63,250 nt of DNA, filler included, from Octopus bimaculoides (GCF_001194135.2; 4 parts of 4 records of this genome joined end to end with filler, not necessarily neighbours in it); one strand, 5' to 3'; shown: positions 27,287-41,250, counted from the first letter of the whole stretch. Notes: generated by a model not told the origin, from the letters alone. Made by a program: numbers and translations.

Positions 27287-28151
27287 CATATAGATAGACA
27301 GATAAATAGACAGACAGACAGAGAAGTACGAGGTGAAATATGCTACAGGCAAAGTTCACGGTAAATTAAAGTGGATATATGTATCTACTTATGAATATAC
27401 ACGTGTGTGTATCTGTGTGTGTGTGAAAGTGATGGATAGACAGGCAGATATATAGGTTGCTCCATCTTGGGAGGGTAAATTTGCGGAAAAATCTCGCACA
27501 GTGATTGCCTTTTACTTCTGTATGTAGAGAAGTTCTAATCAGGTTGTTTCGACATGAGCATATTGAAACTGCTTGCAATATCGCTGAAGAAAACCGTTAT
27601 ATAATAAAGTAACTAAGTACAATTGTTAACCTAGGATATTAAGTAACGACATGCTTACGACGCTGTTTCACCAAATAAGGTAAACCGTTAGAGGTTTGAG
27701 AAGAAATGAAAAGAAAAATTACCTATTACAGATCTTGCAGAAATACAAATCAATGGTCAAAGGGAGGTAAGTTAATGCAGTAGTGTTTCCCATTGTTAGT
27801 CATGTTACATGTACAAGGTTCATAAGATCACCGGTTTCTTTGTGCAATTATCATTATTGTACTTTTTTGTTTTTTTTTAGTTTCGTGAAATATAAGATTT
27901 TTAAAAAAATAATTTCTATTATTATTTTTATTTATTTATTTTATTTATTTATTTTTTGCTTTAACCTGCAGCGCTAAACTTTGCATTTGTAACCCTGTGT
28001 AAAATAAGTACCAGTAATATTTGTGGATCCTAAAGAATGAGTTGAAATGCTACTGTTTAATAAAGCCTCTCTTCCAGTTTCTCCTTCAGTTGCATTTAGG
28101 CGAAGCCAATAATCATAAACATTCCAAAATATTTGGTAGATATTTAAATAC

Positions 28152-28520
28152 GCTGATGCACCGCCGTTTTGCTACACTTTTATTACTGAGAGCCTCCTCC
28201 GATATGTGGCACTTGGTGAAGAATGGAGTTTGATGTAGCTACCCTCATTTGCACCTCTTGCCGTGAGGTAGGTTCATCTGGGACTCTCGACAGGAAGAGG
28301 TCCAGCTTTGATTTAAAAACCTGTACATCTACTTTGTGCATGTTGCTCGGGCTCTTTGGGAGAGTATTAAAAAGCTGTAAGCCCCTGAAACTCAAACTGT
28401 TCCAGTAACTGGTCCTGAAGCACGATGGCATTGCTGGGATCTTTGGCACTGTGCAGTGTCGTCTCGTTCTGGCATTGGTGTAGCTTTCAATGCCAAAATT
28501 TGGCACAATTCCTTCCAGGA
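28152..28520 (-). mobile_element. CR1/L2-group LINE 3' end (ORF2 C-terminus plus short 3' UTR)
   Basis: ORF 28183-28506 reads SYWNSLSFRGLQLFNTLPK...VFKSKLDLFLSRVPDEP...RVATSNSILHQ, the typical CR1-group C-terminal motif (NS...G..LFN.LP...FK..LD.FL...PD.P). Confidence 0.8.
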
Positions 28521-28541
28521 ATACATATATATATATATATA

Positions 28542-28641
28542 NNNNNNNNNNNNNNNNNNNNNNNNNNNNNNNNNNNNNNNNNNNNTTAATTAATTAANNN
28601 NNNNNNNNNNNNNNNNNNNNNNNNNNNNNNNNNNNNNNNNN
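28542..28641. other. Assembly spacer N44-TTAATTAATTAA-N44
   Basis: Exactly 44 N, a 12-nt six-frame-stop palindrome and 44 N (100 bp). Identical at 57185-57284 and 60121-60220. Confidence 0.95.
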
Positions 28642-28680
<39 letters not shown>

Positions 28681-28899
28681 CATATACATGCATATATCTT
28701 TATGTGTATGTGCGTGTGTGTGTGTATGTGTGTGTGTGTTGAGAAAAAAAGATGAATAGGCAGATAGATAGATAAATAGCCAAAAAGACAGGTATGTTGA
28801 CAACGAGGGAGTGTAGATAGAAGATAAAATAATACAATATGGAGATTGACACACAGACGAACATATATGGGCAGCGAGACATATATATATATATTTTAT

Positions 28900-28946
<47 letters not shown>

Positions 28947-28947
28947 T

Positions 28948-28982
<35 letters not shown>

Positions 28983-30227
28983 TATCCAGAAAAATACTGA
29001 TTGAAATATCTATGTTTCTGTAAAACATTTTTCGTGATTCTTTCTTTTCATTTTTTTACCATTCTGCTTGGTCTTTTGTTAATTTGTCTTTCTGTGATTT
29101 CTATCAAATTTCGTGTTTGTGTGTTTTATATGCATTGGTTGTTTTTTTATTTTTAATTTCATTTTTAATTTTTTGTTCTTATTGTTATTCGCATTCATAT
29201 TCTTATTCTGTATATCGAAGTCTAACCTAAAGGGTTAGATCTACCTTTCTTTCTACTGAAGAAAGTTTGAAGATGAGGGAAAAGAAGAAAAGGAGAGAAA
29301 AAAAAAGAAAACAAAACCAAACAAACAAACATAGAAAAAATTCCTTCCTCCTCCAATGCTTCTTAAAATGAAATAAAAAAATGATGATAATATGGTGATG
29401 TTGACGATGAAATCATAATGATATGGTGATGTTGACGACGAAATCATAATAATAATAATAACAGCAACAATAACAACAATTACAACAACAACAGTATAAT
29501 AATATTGATGATGATAATGATGATCGTGAGGAGGAGTAGTTGGAGGAGGACAAGGAAGAGGATGTCGACGACGACGAGAAAAAGCAAGACATAATGTGGA
29601 GAGATATTAAAAGGATAGGATAGTTTCTACGGAATACTTTGTTGTTGATGAAGACAATAATAACCCGCACCAGCTGGAAATGTACACGCGCGTGTATACA
29701 TACATACATACATACATACATACATACATACATAGATACATACACACATGCATGCATGCATGCATACATACATACATATATACGTACATACATTCATAAA
29801 CTGATAGATAGACAGATAGGTAGATAGATATGGAAATAAATACATTCATACATACATAACATATATATTCCTGTGTGTTATATATAGTTATATATATATA
29901 TATATATATATACATATATGAATTCGTATGCATTATATATACACATAGGATATATGTATATATGTACGTATATATGCATATACTCACATACTGTACGTAT
30001 TATATATATACGTATATATGCATATACTCACATATTATTTGTATTATTATATGAAATGAACGGACGCGTCCTTTTTGCAAGTAGGTTTTAAGTATATATA
30101 TATATATATATCATATGCGCACACATACACATTTAGGTGTCTGTAGAAATAAGTACATATGTTCTGTGTATTCTATTGAAGACCTACACACATACTCGCA
30201 TAACTTCATAGCAAATGAGCAAATGGG

Positions 30228-30327
30228 CTCTGGTGGGCCATGAGGCTATAGTAGAAGACACTTGCCCAAGCTGCCACGCAATGGGACAGAACCCGGAACC
30301 ATGTGGCTGGTAAGCAAGCTACTTACT
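30228..30327 (-). mobile_element. SINE family B 5' fragment
   Basis: gaggctatagtagaagacacttgcccaagctgccacgcaatgggacagaacccggaaccatgtggctggtaagcaagctactta. Confidence 0.85.
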
Positions 30328-30626
30328 TTTGTTTCATCCAGCTTTTACACCATGTCTCTTAGGAGTCTAGGGTGTAGGTAATTATTTACTGTTTGGGGTA
30401 AAACATTATACGGAATTTCGAATCAAGTTAGAATTTACTGCATTGCTACACTTATACGTAGATGAGTATACGAAGTGAAAAAGAAACATTAATCGGTTTG
30501 CGACAATATCTATAAAAATACATTTCTATATGGCGTAGTAGTTAAGAGTGCGAGCTACTAACCCCAAGATTCCGAGTTCGATTCAAGGCAATGACCTGAA
30601 TAATAATAATGATAATAATAATAATG

Positions 30627-30662
<36 letters not shown>

Positions 30663-30663
<1 letters not shown>

Positions 30664-30890
30664 GGACTTTTCGAACGGAATGGGCTACTCGACCTGAAAA
30701 AATTCTAAGTGGGCCCCACCTGCAAGGTCATGCGCTGTTTATCTTGATGTGAGACCACTTTATCGCCCACACATGTTTGTGATACATGTGCCTGGTGTAC
30801 CTTTATCAGACGGGTAGTCATGATGGGTATAATGCGCTTCGTATATTTTACTCCAGTGTCATTTTGATGGAATGCCCTGCTCTCTCACTC
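30663..30890. mobile_element. Unassigned ~230-bp insert within the (AAT)n of P1 copy 1
   Basis: A high-complexity block flanked by (AAT)n on both sides and absent from P1 copy 2. It is probably a 5'-truncated retroelement end. Confidence 0.5.
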
Positions 30891-30950
<60 letters not shown>

Positions 30951-30998
30951 GTTGAAAAATACCTTAGGAATGAAAGCCCAGGTTCGAAATTTCCTCAA

Positions 30999-31044
30999 GA
31001 CACCTGATGAACGCTGGAAAGTATATCAGCCGAAACGTAATGTT
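30999..31044 (+). ncRNA. Minimal type I hammerhead motif, slightly degenerate
   Basis: GACAC-CTGATGA-A-CGCTG gaaagtatat CAGCC-GAAAC-GTA-ATGTT. The core is intact, with single mismatches at the base of stems I and II. Confidence 0.65.
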
Positions 31045-31777
31045 AATAACAAACAAGTTCAGGACAAATATCCGCCAAATGTAAATAATGTAAATAATGT
31101 ATAAAAATGGTTTCGTACCTGCAAGGTGAACGTAAAACACTACATAAAGAGAAAGCGTCATACATAACGATGAACATCATCCAATCACGTCTTACTTTTA
31201 TGTTGTAAGTCGGTTTGTATAAATTGAAAAGGACAGATTTCATGTTAATTCAGATCATTTTGTAATTGGAAGAATTAAATTTTGAACACTCTCTCAACTG
31301 GTCCTTCATTTTGTTTCCAGTGGACAGCTCTGTATTATGTCATTGAATAAAAGATTTAATGATATATACACAAGTCTTCAACTATTTAATTTTACTTATG
31401 ATAATATGTCAACGGAGCATCTAAGATATATTATTGTATAAAATGTGTTGTGTTCTAGATGCTTATGCTAATCAATCACTACATGATATTTATTAATTAG
31501 TATTGATTCCCAGTCGCATTGATTTTTAAAAAAAACACCGTTTACATTAATTCTGGAACTAATTTCACCGAGACCACTTAATGTTAAAATTCTATAATAC
31601 ATGACACCTACATCGAAAATTTATATTTAAAAAACTTTCTATCTGATCTAATTTGTAACAGACAAAGAAATACAGAATCTAATCTCTTACCGCGTCATTA
31701 ATATTTGGTACATTCAGTGTAAGACAGTTCTACAGACATCGCCAATATTCCCACATGGTTTAATGTATTCTCTTGGA

Positions 31778-31925
31778 GTAAAGGCGGTGAGATGATAGAA
31801 TCGTTAGCAAGATGGACAATAATTCTTAGGGGCATTTTATCCGGTTTTATTCTATGAGTTCAAATTCCGCTGAAGTCGAATTTACATTTTCCCCTTGCGG
31901 GATCCACAAAATGTATACACCCGTT
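31778..31925 (+). mobile_element. SINE family A-related, old diverged copy
   Basis: aaggcggtgagatgatagaatcgttagca...tgagttcaaattccgctgaagtcgaattt. Confidence 0.6.
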
Positions 31926-32358
31926 TAACTCGTGAGCCAATATAGTCCTGTTACTCTCTGTCCTGAATATTACTAATCTTGTGTCATAACTTGAAGCCAA
32001 TATTTTCTCTTGGGTAATCTCTATATCGATTCGTGGCGATTTTGTTTTCTGCAATTGCCCTAGAGGACACACAATTAACAAGGACACTGTTTATGAAGCA
32101 CAGAATGATTTAAAGATGATATTGACCTCGAAGCAAGTTTGTAAACTGAGAAAATAATGGGCAGTTCCTTTTCAATCATCGATTTTATTTATTGTGGCGT
32201 ACTAAGGAGGACTAAAAAAAGACGCATTTCAAAAAACCCCAATATCTATGAGCCGCGAAGTCAAATTAACATTCTATTATTCCATCTAATCTAGTACTAT
32301 GTAACTAAACAACCTTTCAAAGCGTCGGCGGGATTGTAGATTCGATAGAAAGAATTAA

Positions 32359-32594
32359 GGCGGCGAGCTGGCAGGAACGTTAGCATGCCGGGCGAAATGT
32401 TTAGCGGTATTTCGTCTGCCGTTACGTTCTGGGTTCAAATTCTGCCGAGGTCGACTTTGCCTTTCATCTTTTCGGGGTCGATTAAATAAGTATCAGTTAC
32501 GCACTGCGGTCGATATAATCGACTTAATCCGTTTGTTTGTCCTTGTTTGTCCTCTCTTTGTGTAACCCCTTGTGGGCAGTAAAGAAATAAGAAA
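32359..32594 (+). mobile_element. SINE family A, full-length monomer with probable TSD
   Basis: Runs from ggcggcgagctggcagg to aaagaaataag. Flanked by agaaagaattaa (32347-32358) and agaaacaattaa (32590-32601), an 11/12 match. Confidence 0.93.
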
Positions 32595-32888
32595 CAATTA
32601 AAAAAAAAAGGTAGGATCTTCATTATATCACTTGACGTGGTCGTTGGCTTTAACCCGTTGCATAAGTAAAAGCCATTTTACTTCTGTTTCTATTATAGGC
32701 ATTCAGGAGATGTTTCTGCTTTCGAAACACCTTATTCCTTCGTGCCCATCAATTATGCATACTCTTGTAAAATGCTATAGATACCGCTTTCTATCCTGAC
32801 TAACAGATGAAAGAGAAATTAACCCTTTGACATGTTTGTCTTTGTTTTTACTTTCTCTTCTCTATTGAATAATTAAGATGTTGTTGGA

Positions 32889-33188
32889 AGTGGCTGAGCA
32901 CTCCACAGACACGTGTACCCTTAACGTAGTTCTCGGGGGATATTCAGCGTGACACAATGTGACAAGGCTGACCCTTTGAATTACAGGCACAACAGAAACA
33001 GGAAGTAAGAGTGAGAGAAAGTTGTGGTGAAAGAGTACAGCAGGGTTCGCCACCATCCCCTGCCGGAGCCTCGTGGGGCTTCAGGTGTTTTCGCTCAATA
33101 AAAACTCACAGTGCCCGGTCTGGGAATCGAAACTGCAATCCTATGACCGCGAGTCCGCTGCTCTAACCACTGGGCCATTGCGCCTCCA
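32889..33188 (-). mobile_element. tRNA-derived SINE family C, 3'-truncated
   Basis: Minus head ggaggcgcaatggcccagtggttag...gtttcgattccc with A and B boxes. Homologous to 47783-48157. Confidence 0.9.
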
Positions 33189-33836
33189 CAATGAATAATT
33201 GATCGCCAAACAATTACAACATATGGATTCCAAATTAAGAAACTTACAGTTTTCTGCTAGTTTGATATCCACTTATTCTATGACCCTACTGTTGAGTTCG
33301 GTGACGCTACATTTACATTTCTTTATTTTTTTACTTTTGTTGACAGCATTTCGAAGACATTTTTCACACGAAGGCTATTCAAATATATTATAATGGTTTC
33401 GAATATAGGAAAAAATTTAAAGGTTAAAATATTCCATTTCTCCACTAAAGAAGAATTTTTACTAGTTCAAAATAAAAAACAGATAGATATGTATATGAAA
33501 ATGTAAAATAACGGATTAAATTAATTACACCCCTTCACCTATAGCTTTTCACCTAATTCAAAATCTGATTTTGGAATAAGCACGAAACATTTGCTTCTGG
33601 TAGCTATCACGGCATTAACACGTCAATTACAATTTATTGGTCCTGTCACCAAGAAAATAAATCATAACTTTCAGCAACCGATATATAGGGTCGTCATAGT
33701 CATAAGTATTATATTATGACATTCCTATACAAGAATCGATAAATACATGCATACGTATTTATGTATGCTTGCATTTATACACATATGTATAGACATATAA
33801 ATGTGTCAGTATGTATTTGTTTTGTATATATATATG

Positions 33837-33911
<75 letters not shown>

Positions 33912-33956
33912 GTAAATATGTATATATACGTCTATATATATATATATATTTTTTTT

Positions 33957-34420
33957 TTTTATTCTTTTATTTGTTTCAATCACTTTGACTGCAGCCATGC
34001 TGGAGTACCGCCTTTAGTCGAGCAAATCGACACCAGGACTTATTCTTTGTAAGCCTAGTACTTATTCTATCGGACTCTTTTGCCGAACCGCTAAGTTACG
34101 GGGAAGTAAACACACCACCATCGGTTGTCGAGCGATTGTCGGAGACAAACACACACACACAAACACGCACACGCACACACGCACGCACGCACACACACAC
34201 ATAACCACACATATACGCACACACACATATACGCACACACATACACGCACACACAAATACGACGGTTTCAGATTCCGTCTACCAAATCCACTCACAAGGC
34301 TTTGGTCAGCCCGAGGTTATACTAGAAGACACTTGCCTAATGTGCCACGCAGTGGAACTGAACCCGGAACCATGTGATTGGCAAACAAGCTACTTACCAC
34401 ACAGCCAATCAATTCTGCGC
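33957..34420 (-). mobile_element. SINE family B, near full length
   Basis: Same head, core and tail as the other family B copies, with an expanded internal (CA)n. Confidence 0.92.
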
Positions 34421-35182
34421 CTATATATATATATACATAGTTATGCAGACACACACACTTATATTTAATACCCAGCCTGATAAAACATACACAATATTCA
34501 CGGGTTGACAGAATATGACAAATATCATTATATAACATATCATACTAGTGCATACGCAATTCATTCTTGGCATTCTTCTTGATGTTCTTGTTGTTGCTGC
34601 AGGTGTTTATCCTTACAGTATTCCCCTTATTGCTATTATAGCATTCTCTATTTCTCTCCTTATTCTTTTTCGTCTTGTCACAGTCTTTGATAATGTTATT
34701 GTTATTGTTGATCTCGTATTCCTTTAGCTGATAATGCAATTCTTCTAGTACATATTGCTAATTTTGTTGTTGAATTTGTCCGTTTACCGTTGTGTTCTTT
34801 GTAGTTTTTTCTATACGTTTATGTATAGTGTTTTATGTTAGTTTACCTTATGTACGTTTACCTTGTGAGGCTTTTTTTCTTAAGTTTACATCATTTTTGA
34901 AACATTATTAAATCAGATCATAATACACTTATAAATTACATTTTCACTGTTGAGTCTTTCAGTTTTATTCGTTTTGTTTCTTTCATTCTTTAAGTTTTTC
35001 ATTCATTATGTTTCATTTTTCCTTCATTATTTCGTAGTTTGATTATATCTATCTTTATATTTCTTCAAATACATACAGTTCAAACATACAGAACGAAAAT
35101 GTGATGAAATAAAAGAAAATACAAGCACACATATATGTATGTACGAGTATATGAGTATATATATATATGTATGTTTGTATGT

Positions 35183-35250
<68 letters not shown>

Positions 35251-36490
35251 TTGTATATATGCATCTATATATATATGTATATATATATGTATATATATAT
35301 ATATANNNNNNNNNNNNNNNNNNNNNNNNNNNNNNNNNNNNNNNNNNNNNNNNNNNNNNNNNNNNNNNNNNNNNNNNNNNNNNNNNNNNNNNNNNNNNNN
35401 NNNNNNNNNNNNNNGTATATATATATATGTATGTTTGTATGTATGTATATATATATATATATATATATATGTCTATGTATATATATGTGTGTGCTAGTGT
35501 GTATATATGCATGTATTTAGATATAAGCATATATGATTTTAATGTTCATTGTGCAGTAAGAATTTATCATTTTTTTTATCCATTTTATAAAAATCATTTT
35601 ATAACTGTAATAACAGCAACAGCACAACAACAACAACAACATCAATGAATATGACAAAAACGATATAATAATGTTATGCAAAGAAGAAAGATAAAAAGAA
35701 TTAAGATCAGTTATACATAATGCATAATACATATTGCAAACTGTATCATGTCTTCTATAAATTTACAACAAAGAAATCGTAAATAATAATAAGAAAAGAA
35801 AAAAATGTTGTTGATTTGTTGTTTATTACAGAAGCTGTAAGATTGATTTAGTTCAAGTTGTTTAGAGTGAATCAGAGGATAACAAAAAAGAAAGAAAAAG
35901 AAAAGCGCAGCATACACACTAACAAACGATTAAAAACAACTCTAAAATGTAATAGGATACAGATATTAGATCTATATTACAACTCGATTATTGCATATAT
36001 TCAAACAGAAATACTTTAAAAAATTATGAAGGTATTAAAGACAGCAATTAGTTTTGATAAATATCACAAAAGAAGAAATTTCAATACATTGTCAACACTA
36101 ATATAAGGAATTCTTTAAAAGAAACACGTTTTTTTTCCTCGGGAAATTCTTATGAAGCAGTTCACAGTTTGTTTTTCAATCCTTATTTACATTATTGTAA
36201 TAATCTTAGCTTGTTGGGTCTGTGTCAACATTAGTTACACAATACAGTTTAATTCTGAAAATATATTGATATTTGAACAACAGGTTCATAACTTATTGGC
36301 TTCCGTAGCTAGACAAATGCACGATCGTGTTTCGAATCGTTTTCAGCGACATTGCATAAAATTTCGGAAAGGCGTAAACGCCATGGCAGTCTCTTCTTTG
36401 ACTCTTTCAATCGCACGCTTTAAAATAACAACCGCTACTCAAACACACACACACACAAATTTATATATGTATTTAGCAATCCGTCTATCT

Positions 36491-36891
36491 TGTGTGGTAA
36501 GAAGCTTGCTTCCTTGGCACATGTTTCCGGGTTCAGTCGCTCTGCGTGGCATCTAGGGCGAGTGTCTTTGTGAGTGGATTTGGTAGACGGAAACTGAGAA
36601 AATCCCGTCTATATATATGTGTGCGTGTGTGTGTGCGTTTGTGTGTGTGTGGATGTGTGTGTATTGCCTCCACCACCACCACCACCTCCACCACCACCAC
36701 TAGCGCTTATCAACTGATGCCGTGTGTTTATGTCCCTGTAACTTAACAGTTCAGCAAAAGTGACCAATAGAACAAGTACTAAGTAAACAAAGAATAAGTC
36801 CTGGGATCGATTTGTTTGACTAAAACCCTTTAAGGCGGTGCTCTAGCATGGCCGCAGTCAAATAAATGAAACAAGTAAAAGAATAAAAGAA
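36491..36891 (+). mobile_element. SINE family B, partly deleted
   Basis: tgtgtggtaagaagcttgc through aaggcggtgctctagcatggccgcagtcaaat...gaataaaaga. Confidence 0.88.
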
Positions 36892-37701
36892 CTTCTATCT
36901 GTCTGTCTGTCTGTCTACACATTCATCCATCCATCTATGTAGCTAGATAGATGGATGTGTAGTTAGTTGCTTATCTAGCTAGATAAGGGGCTAACTACAC
37001 ACACACGCGCGCGCACCCCACCCCCCACACATCCGTACAAATGCACACAGACACGCACACAGTACCACGCTAAAGTTCAAACAAGAAACAGTATTAGAAC
37101 CAGATACTCCACTACAGCAACCCAGAAACCTTTTCTTTCATGTCCGATAGTTAAACGCATAAATAACCAGAGAAAAGATTTTCCACGAGCCTTTCAAGGN
37201 NNNNNNNNNNNNNNNNNNNNNNNNNNNNNNNNNNNNNNNNNNNNNNNNNNNNNNNNNNNNNNNNNNNNNNNNNNNNNNNNNNNNNNNNNNNNNNNNNNNN
37301 NNNNNNNNNNNNNNNNNNNNNNNNNNNNNNNNNNNNNNNNNNNNNNNNNNNNNNNNNNNNNNNNNNNNNNNNNNNNNNNNNNNNNNNNNNNNNNNNNNNN
37401 NNNNNNNNNNNNNNNNNNNNNNNNNNNNNNNNNNNNNNNNNNNNNNNNNNNNNNNNNNNNNNNNNNNNNNNNNNNNNNNNNNNNNNNNNNNNNNNNNNNN
37501 NNNNNNNNNNNNNNNNNNNNNNNNNNNNNNNNNNNNNNNNNNNNNNNNNNNNNNNNNNNNNNNNNNNNNNNNNNNNNNNNNNNNNNNNNNNNNNNNNNNN
37601 NNNNNNNNNNNNNNNNNNNNNNNNNNNNNNNNNNNNNNNNNNNNNNNNNNNNNNNNNNNNNNNNNNNNNNNNNNNNNNNNNNNNNNNNNNNNNNNNNNNN
37701 N

Positions 37702-38006
37702 ACGCACTGGGTTCGATGTAATCGACTTAATCCCTTCGTCTGTCCTTGTTTGTCCCCTCTATGTTTAGCCCCTTGTGGGCAATAAAGAAATAAGAAACTT
37801 TAGCATGCCGGGCGAAATGCTTAGCGGTGTTTCGTCTGTCTTTACGTTCTGAGTTCAAATACCGCCGAGGTCGACTTTGCCTTTTATCCTTTTGGGGTCG
37901 ATAAATTAAATACCAGTTGCGTACTGGGATCGATCTAATCGACTGCCCCCACCAAAAAGTAAAAAAAAGAAGAAATTGGGGCCTTGTGCCTACAGTAGAA
38001 AAGAAT
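37702..38006 (+). mobile_element. SINE family A tandem (tail then unit); 5' part lies in a gap
   Basis: Same gcaataaagaaataag|aaac.ttagca junction and same second tail type (ggccttgtgcctacagtagaaaagaat) as at 24.2-24.4 kb. Confidence 0.9.
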
Positions 38007-38905
38007 GTTTCTTCATTACATATTTTCCACGTAGCGTTTTTTGCGACAATTTAACAGTTTTAAGAGTTAAATAACAGTTTTGATAGATAATTTAACAGTT
38101 AGTTTTAACTAAATGTATACACGTTTCTGTTCCATTGTTTAGAATCTGCTAGCAATCACGTACATGAAACATGAAGTTACAATTTGTGAAGTTTCATTTT
38201 TCAACGTGTCTTCTATCCATCCATCCAACCGTCCATCTATCCATCGACGCATTAATCCATTCATTCACCCATCCATCCATTCATTTTTCTCTCCATCAAT
38301 CTCTCCAGCAATCAATACATACATGCATTCATGCATACACNNNNNNNNNNATATATATATATATATATATATATATGTGCGTGTGTGTATGTGTGTGTAG
38401 ACAGTCATTTTAAAATATATATATATACACATATATATATATTAGAAATATATATGCACACATATATAAATATGTGTATCCATGTCTTTATGTATTTAAG
38501 AATGTGTATATAAGATAAGCATTTCCTGTTACGCTTGTTTCAGCAACATCTGCCTCGGGACTAACTTAGACAGGTTTCATCGGAGACACAAAGAACATGG
38601 AATTGAAGAATGAACTTTATATGATAACGATATTAATTTCAAGTTGAATATGTTTAAAGTTCCTTGCCCCTACAAAAACGAGAAACGAGTAAAGACAAAG
38701 AAGAGAATTGTAATTATGTACTTAATCTTCCTCCCGAGAGACATATCAATTCTTTTTTAGCAAAAGATAACTTTGTGCGACATTGTGTGTGTATAGCGGT
38801 GCTATATCCATCTACGAGCATGGTGGTATGAAAATGTGTATTCATAATTGTACGTACGCATGTATATAAATGTATATATACACACACACACATATATATA
38901 TATAA

Positions 38906-38952
<47 letters not shown>

Positions 38953-40056
38953 AGTGTATATGCATATACATATATATATTGATAGAAAAAACAACAAAAG
39001 AAAGAGACCTCGATACAGATATATATATATATATATANNNNNNNNNNNNNNNNNNNNNNNNNNNNNNNNNNNNNNNNNNNNNNNNNNNNNNNNNNNNNNN
39101 NNNNNNNNNNNNNNNNNNNNNNNNNNNNNNNNNNNNNNNNNNNNNNNNNNNNNNNNNNNNNNNNNNNNNNNNNNNNNNNNNNNNNNNNNNNNNNNNNNNN
39201 NNNNNNNNNNNNNNNNNNNNNNNNNNNNNNNNNNNNNNNNNNNNNNNNNNNNNNNNNNNNNNNNNNNNNNNTATATATACGTATATATATATACCTACAC
39301 TCTCTCTCACATGCACACATACACATACAAATATATTTATAAGTATACACACGTATTTATGTGTGTATATGTGTATGCGTGAGTGTGTGCATGTGCGCGT
39401 AATGCTTTGTCTATATATGTGTTGCTTTTTTAAAAAATTATTTGCATTCCTCGTAATATAGAAAGTGCAGGGTTTTTTGTTAGTGAGAAAGAAAAGTCTG
39501 TCGGTGGAATTCAGATAACAGCAATGGTGGATTGCTTTATGTTGAGCTTTAGAAAAACGTTGGATGTTTTTACTGTTCCGCTTACAAATTGAATTAAATG
39601 ATATGTGAGTTGGTCACTTACTTTGTTTGAAAAACTAGCCTTTTGAGATAGCTATGAAGTTATTAGTTATCATAGAGAAACGCACCTATAATTACAGGTG
39701 AATATGCGAAGATATATTCTCTGTAGAGAAGGTGTAATTTTTGAACCTGTTCCCTCCTGTAAATACTCTCATTTTGGGAGATATAAAAAATGTTTATATC
39801 AAGTTCTAATGACCTCTATGACTCTATACTGTCATCGTTTTTCAACTAATATATGTTACGTTTGTACAATACCTGTTATATTCAGAATTATGTACTATCA
39901 CTTCTGTTATTGATTAGGGTGTACTATACTCGAAATATCAAAGTATAATTTATAATGCTAAGTCTTTTACTTCTTTATGGAGAAACTTCTGTCGCTGTTA
40001 ACTGTATTTCTTAATACTTCGAATAACTCTAATACATACTCAATATACAACACACA

Positions 40057-40131
<75 letters not shown>

Positions 40132-40604
40132 NNNNNNNNNNNNNNNNNNNNNNNNNNNNNNNNNNNNNNNNNNNNNNNNNNNNNNNNNNNNNNNNNNNNN
40201 NNNNNNNNNNNNNNNNNNNNNNNNNNNNNNNNNNNNNNNNNNNNNNNNNNNNNNNNNNNNNNNNNNNNNNNNNNNNNNNNNNNNNNNNNNNNNNNNNNNN
40301 NNNNNNNNNNNNNNNNNNNNNNNNNNNNNNNNNNNNNNNNNNNNNNNNNNNNNNNNNNNNNNNNNNNNNNNNNNNNNNNNNNNNNNNNNNNNNNNNNNNN
40401 NNNNNNNNNNNNNNNNNNNNNNNNNNNNNNNNNNNNNNNNNNNNNNNNNNNNNNNNNNNNNNNNNNNNNNNNNNNNNNNNNNNNNNNNNNNNNNNNNNNN
40501 NNNNNNNNNNNNNNNNNNNNNNNNNNNNNNNNNNNNNNNNNNNNNNNNNNNNNNNNNNNNNNNNNNNNNNNNNNNNNNNNNNNNNNNNNNNNNNNNNNNN
40601 NNTG

Positions 40605-40655
<51 letters not shown>

Positions 40656-41091
40656 ATACATACATGCATTCAATCACACATGCATATGTGTGTGCGGAAA
40701 TGCATGTTGCTTCTAAAGAAAATGCAATCTATTATGGAAATGCATCTATTATGGAAGATAATTGCAATGATTCGACTGAGGTCCTATGAGCCATTTGGTG
40801 TGTCACAACGTTTTATGCCATCAGTTGATAAAACGCTGAAGGATCATAATAAAAACTAAGAGGTATGGTAATGAAATACTTTTAAGTTATCACGCAATTC
40901 CTGATTGCAACGTGTGGGATTTCGACATGACTGCGAATATTTCTTCTTCTATGTCACACTTTCTTAAATATCATACGACTTAAAACGTTTGAATAACCGG
41001 TGACGTGTCCTCACTGCTACAAGTGAATTAACTTCATATACTATAAGTAATAAAATATAAAGTACTTAATGTTTTAAATATATTTTTCCGA

Positions 41092-41250
41092 AGTGGCAGT
41101 GTGGTAAGAAGCTTGCTTCCCAACCACATGGTACCGGGTTCAGTCACACTGCGTGACATCTTGTGCAAGTGTGTCCTACTGTAGCTTCGGGTCGACCAAT
41201 GCCTTGTGAGTACATTTGGTAGGCGGAAACTGAAAGTATCCCGTCGTGTA
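41092..41250 (+). mobile_element. SINE family B, 5' half (remainder in gap)
   Basis: agtggcagtgtggtaagaagcttgcttcccaaccacatgg...ggaaactgaaag. Confidence 0.88.

Larger units (their letters stand above)
30527..31102 (+). mobile_element. Composite element family P1, copy 1: tRNA-like head + (AAT)n + hammerhead tail
   Basis: The head tatggcgtagtagttaagag...gagttcgattc (A and B boxes, 30527-30598), the (AAT)n and the tail aaaaataccttaggaatga...cacctgatga...gaaacg all match 55197-55531 in the same order. The 3' end is a short (aatgtaaat) repeat. Confidence 0.85.
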
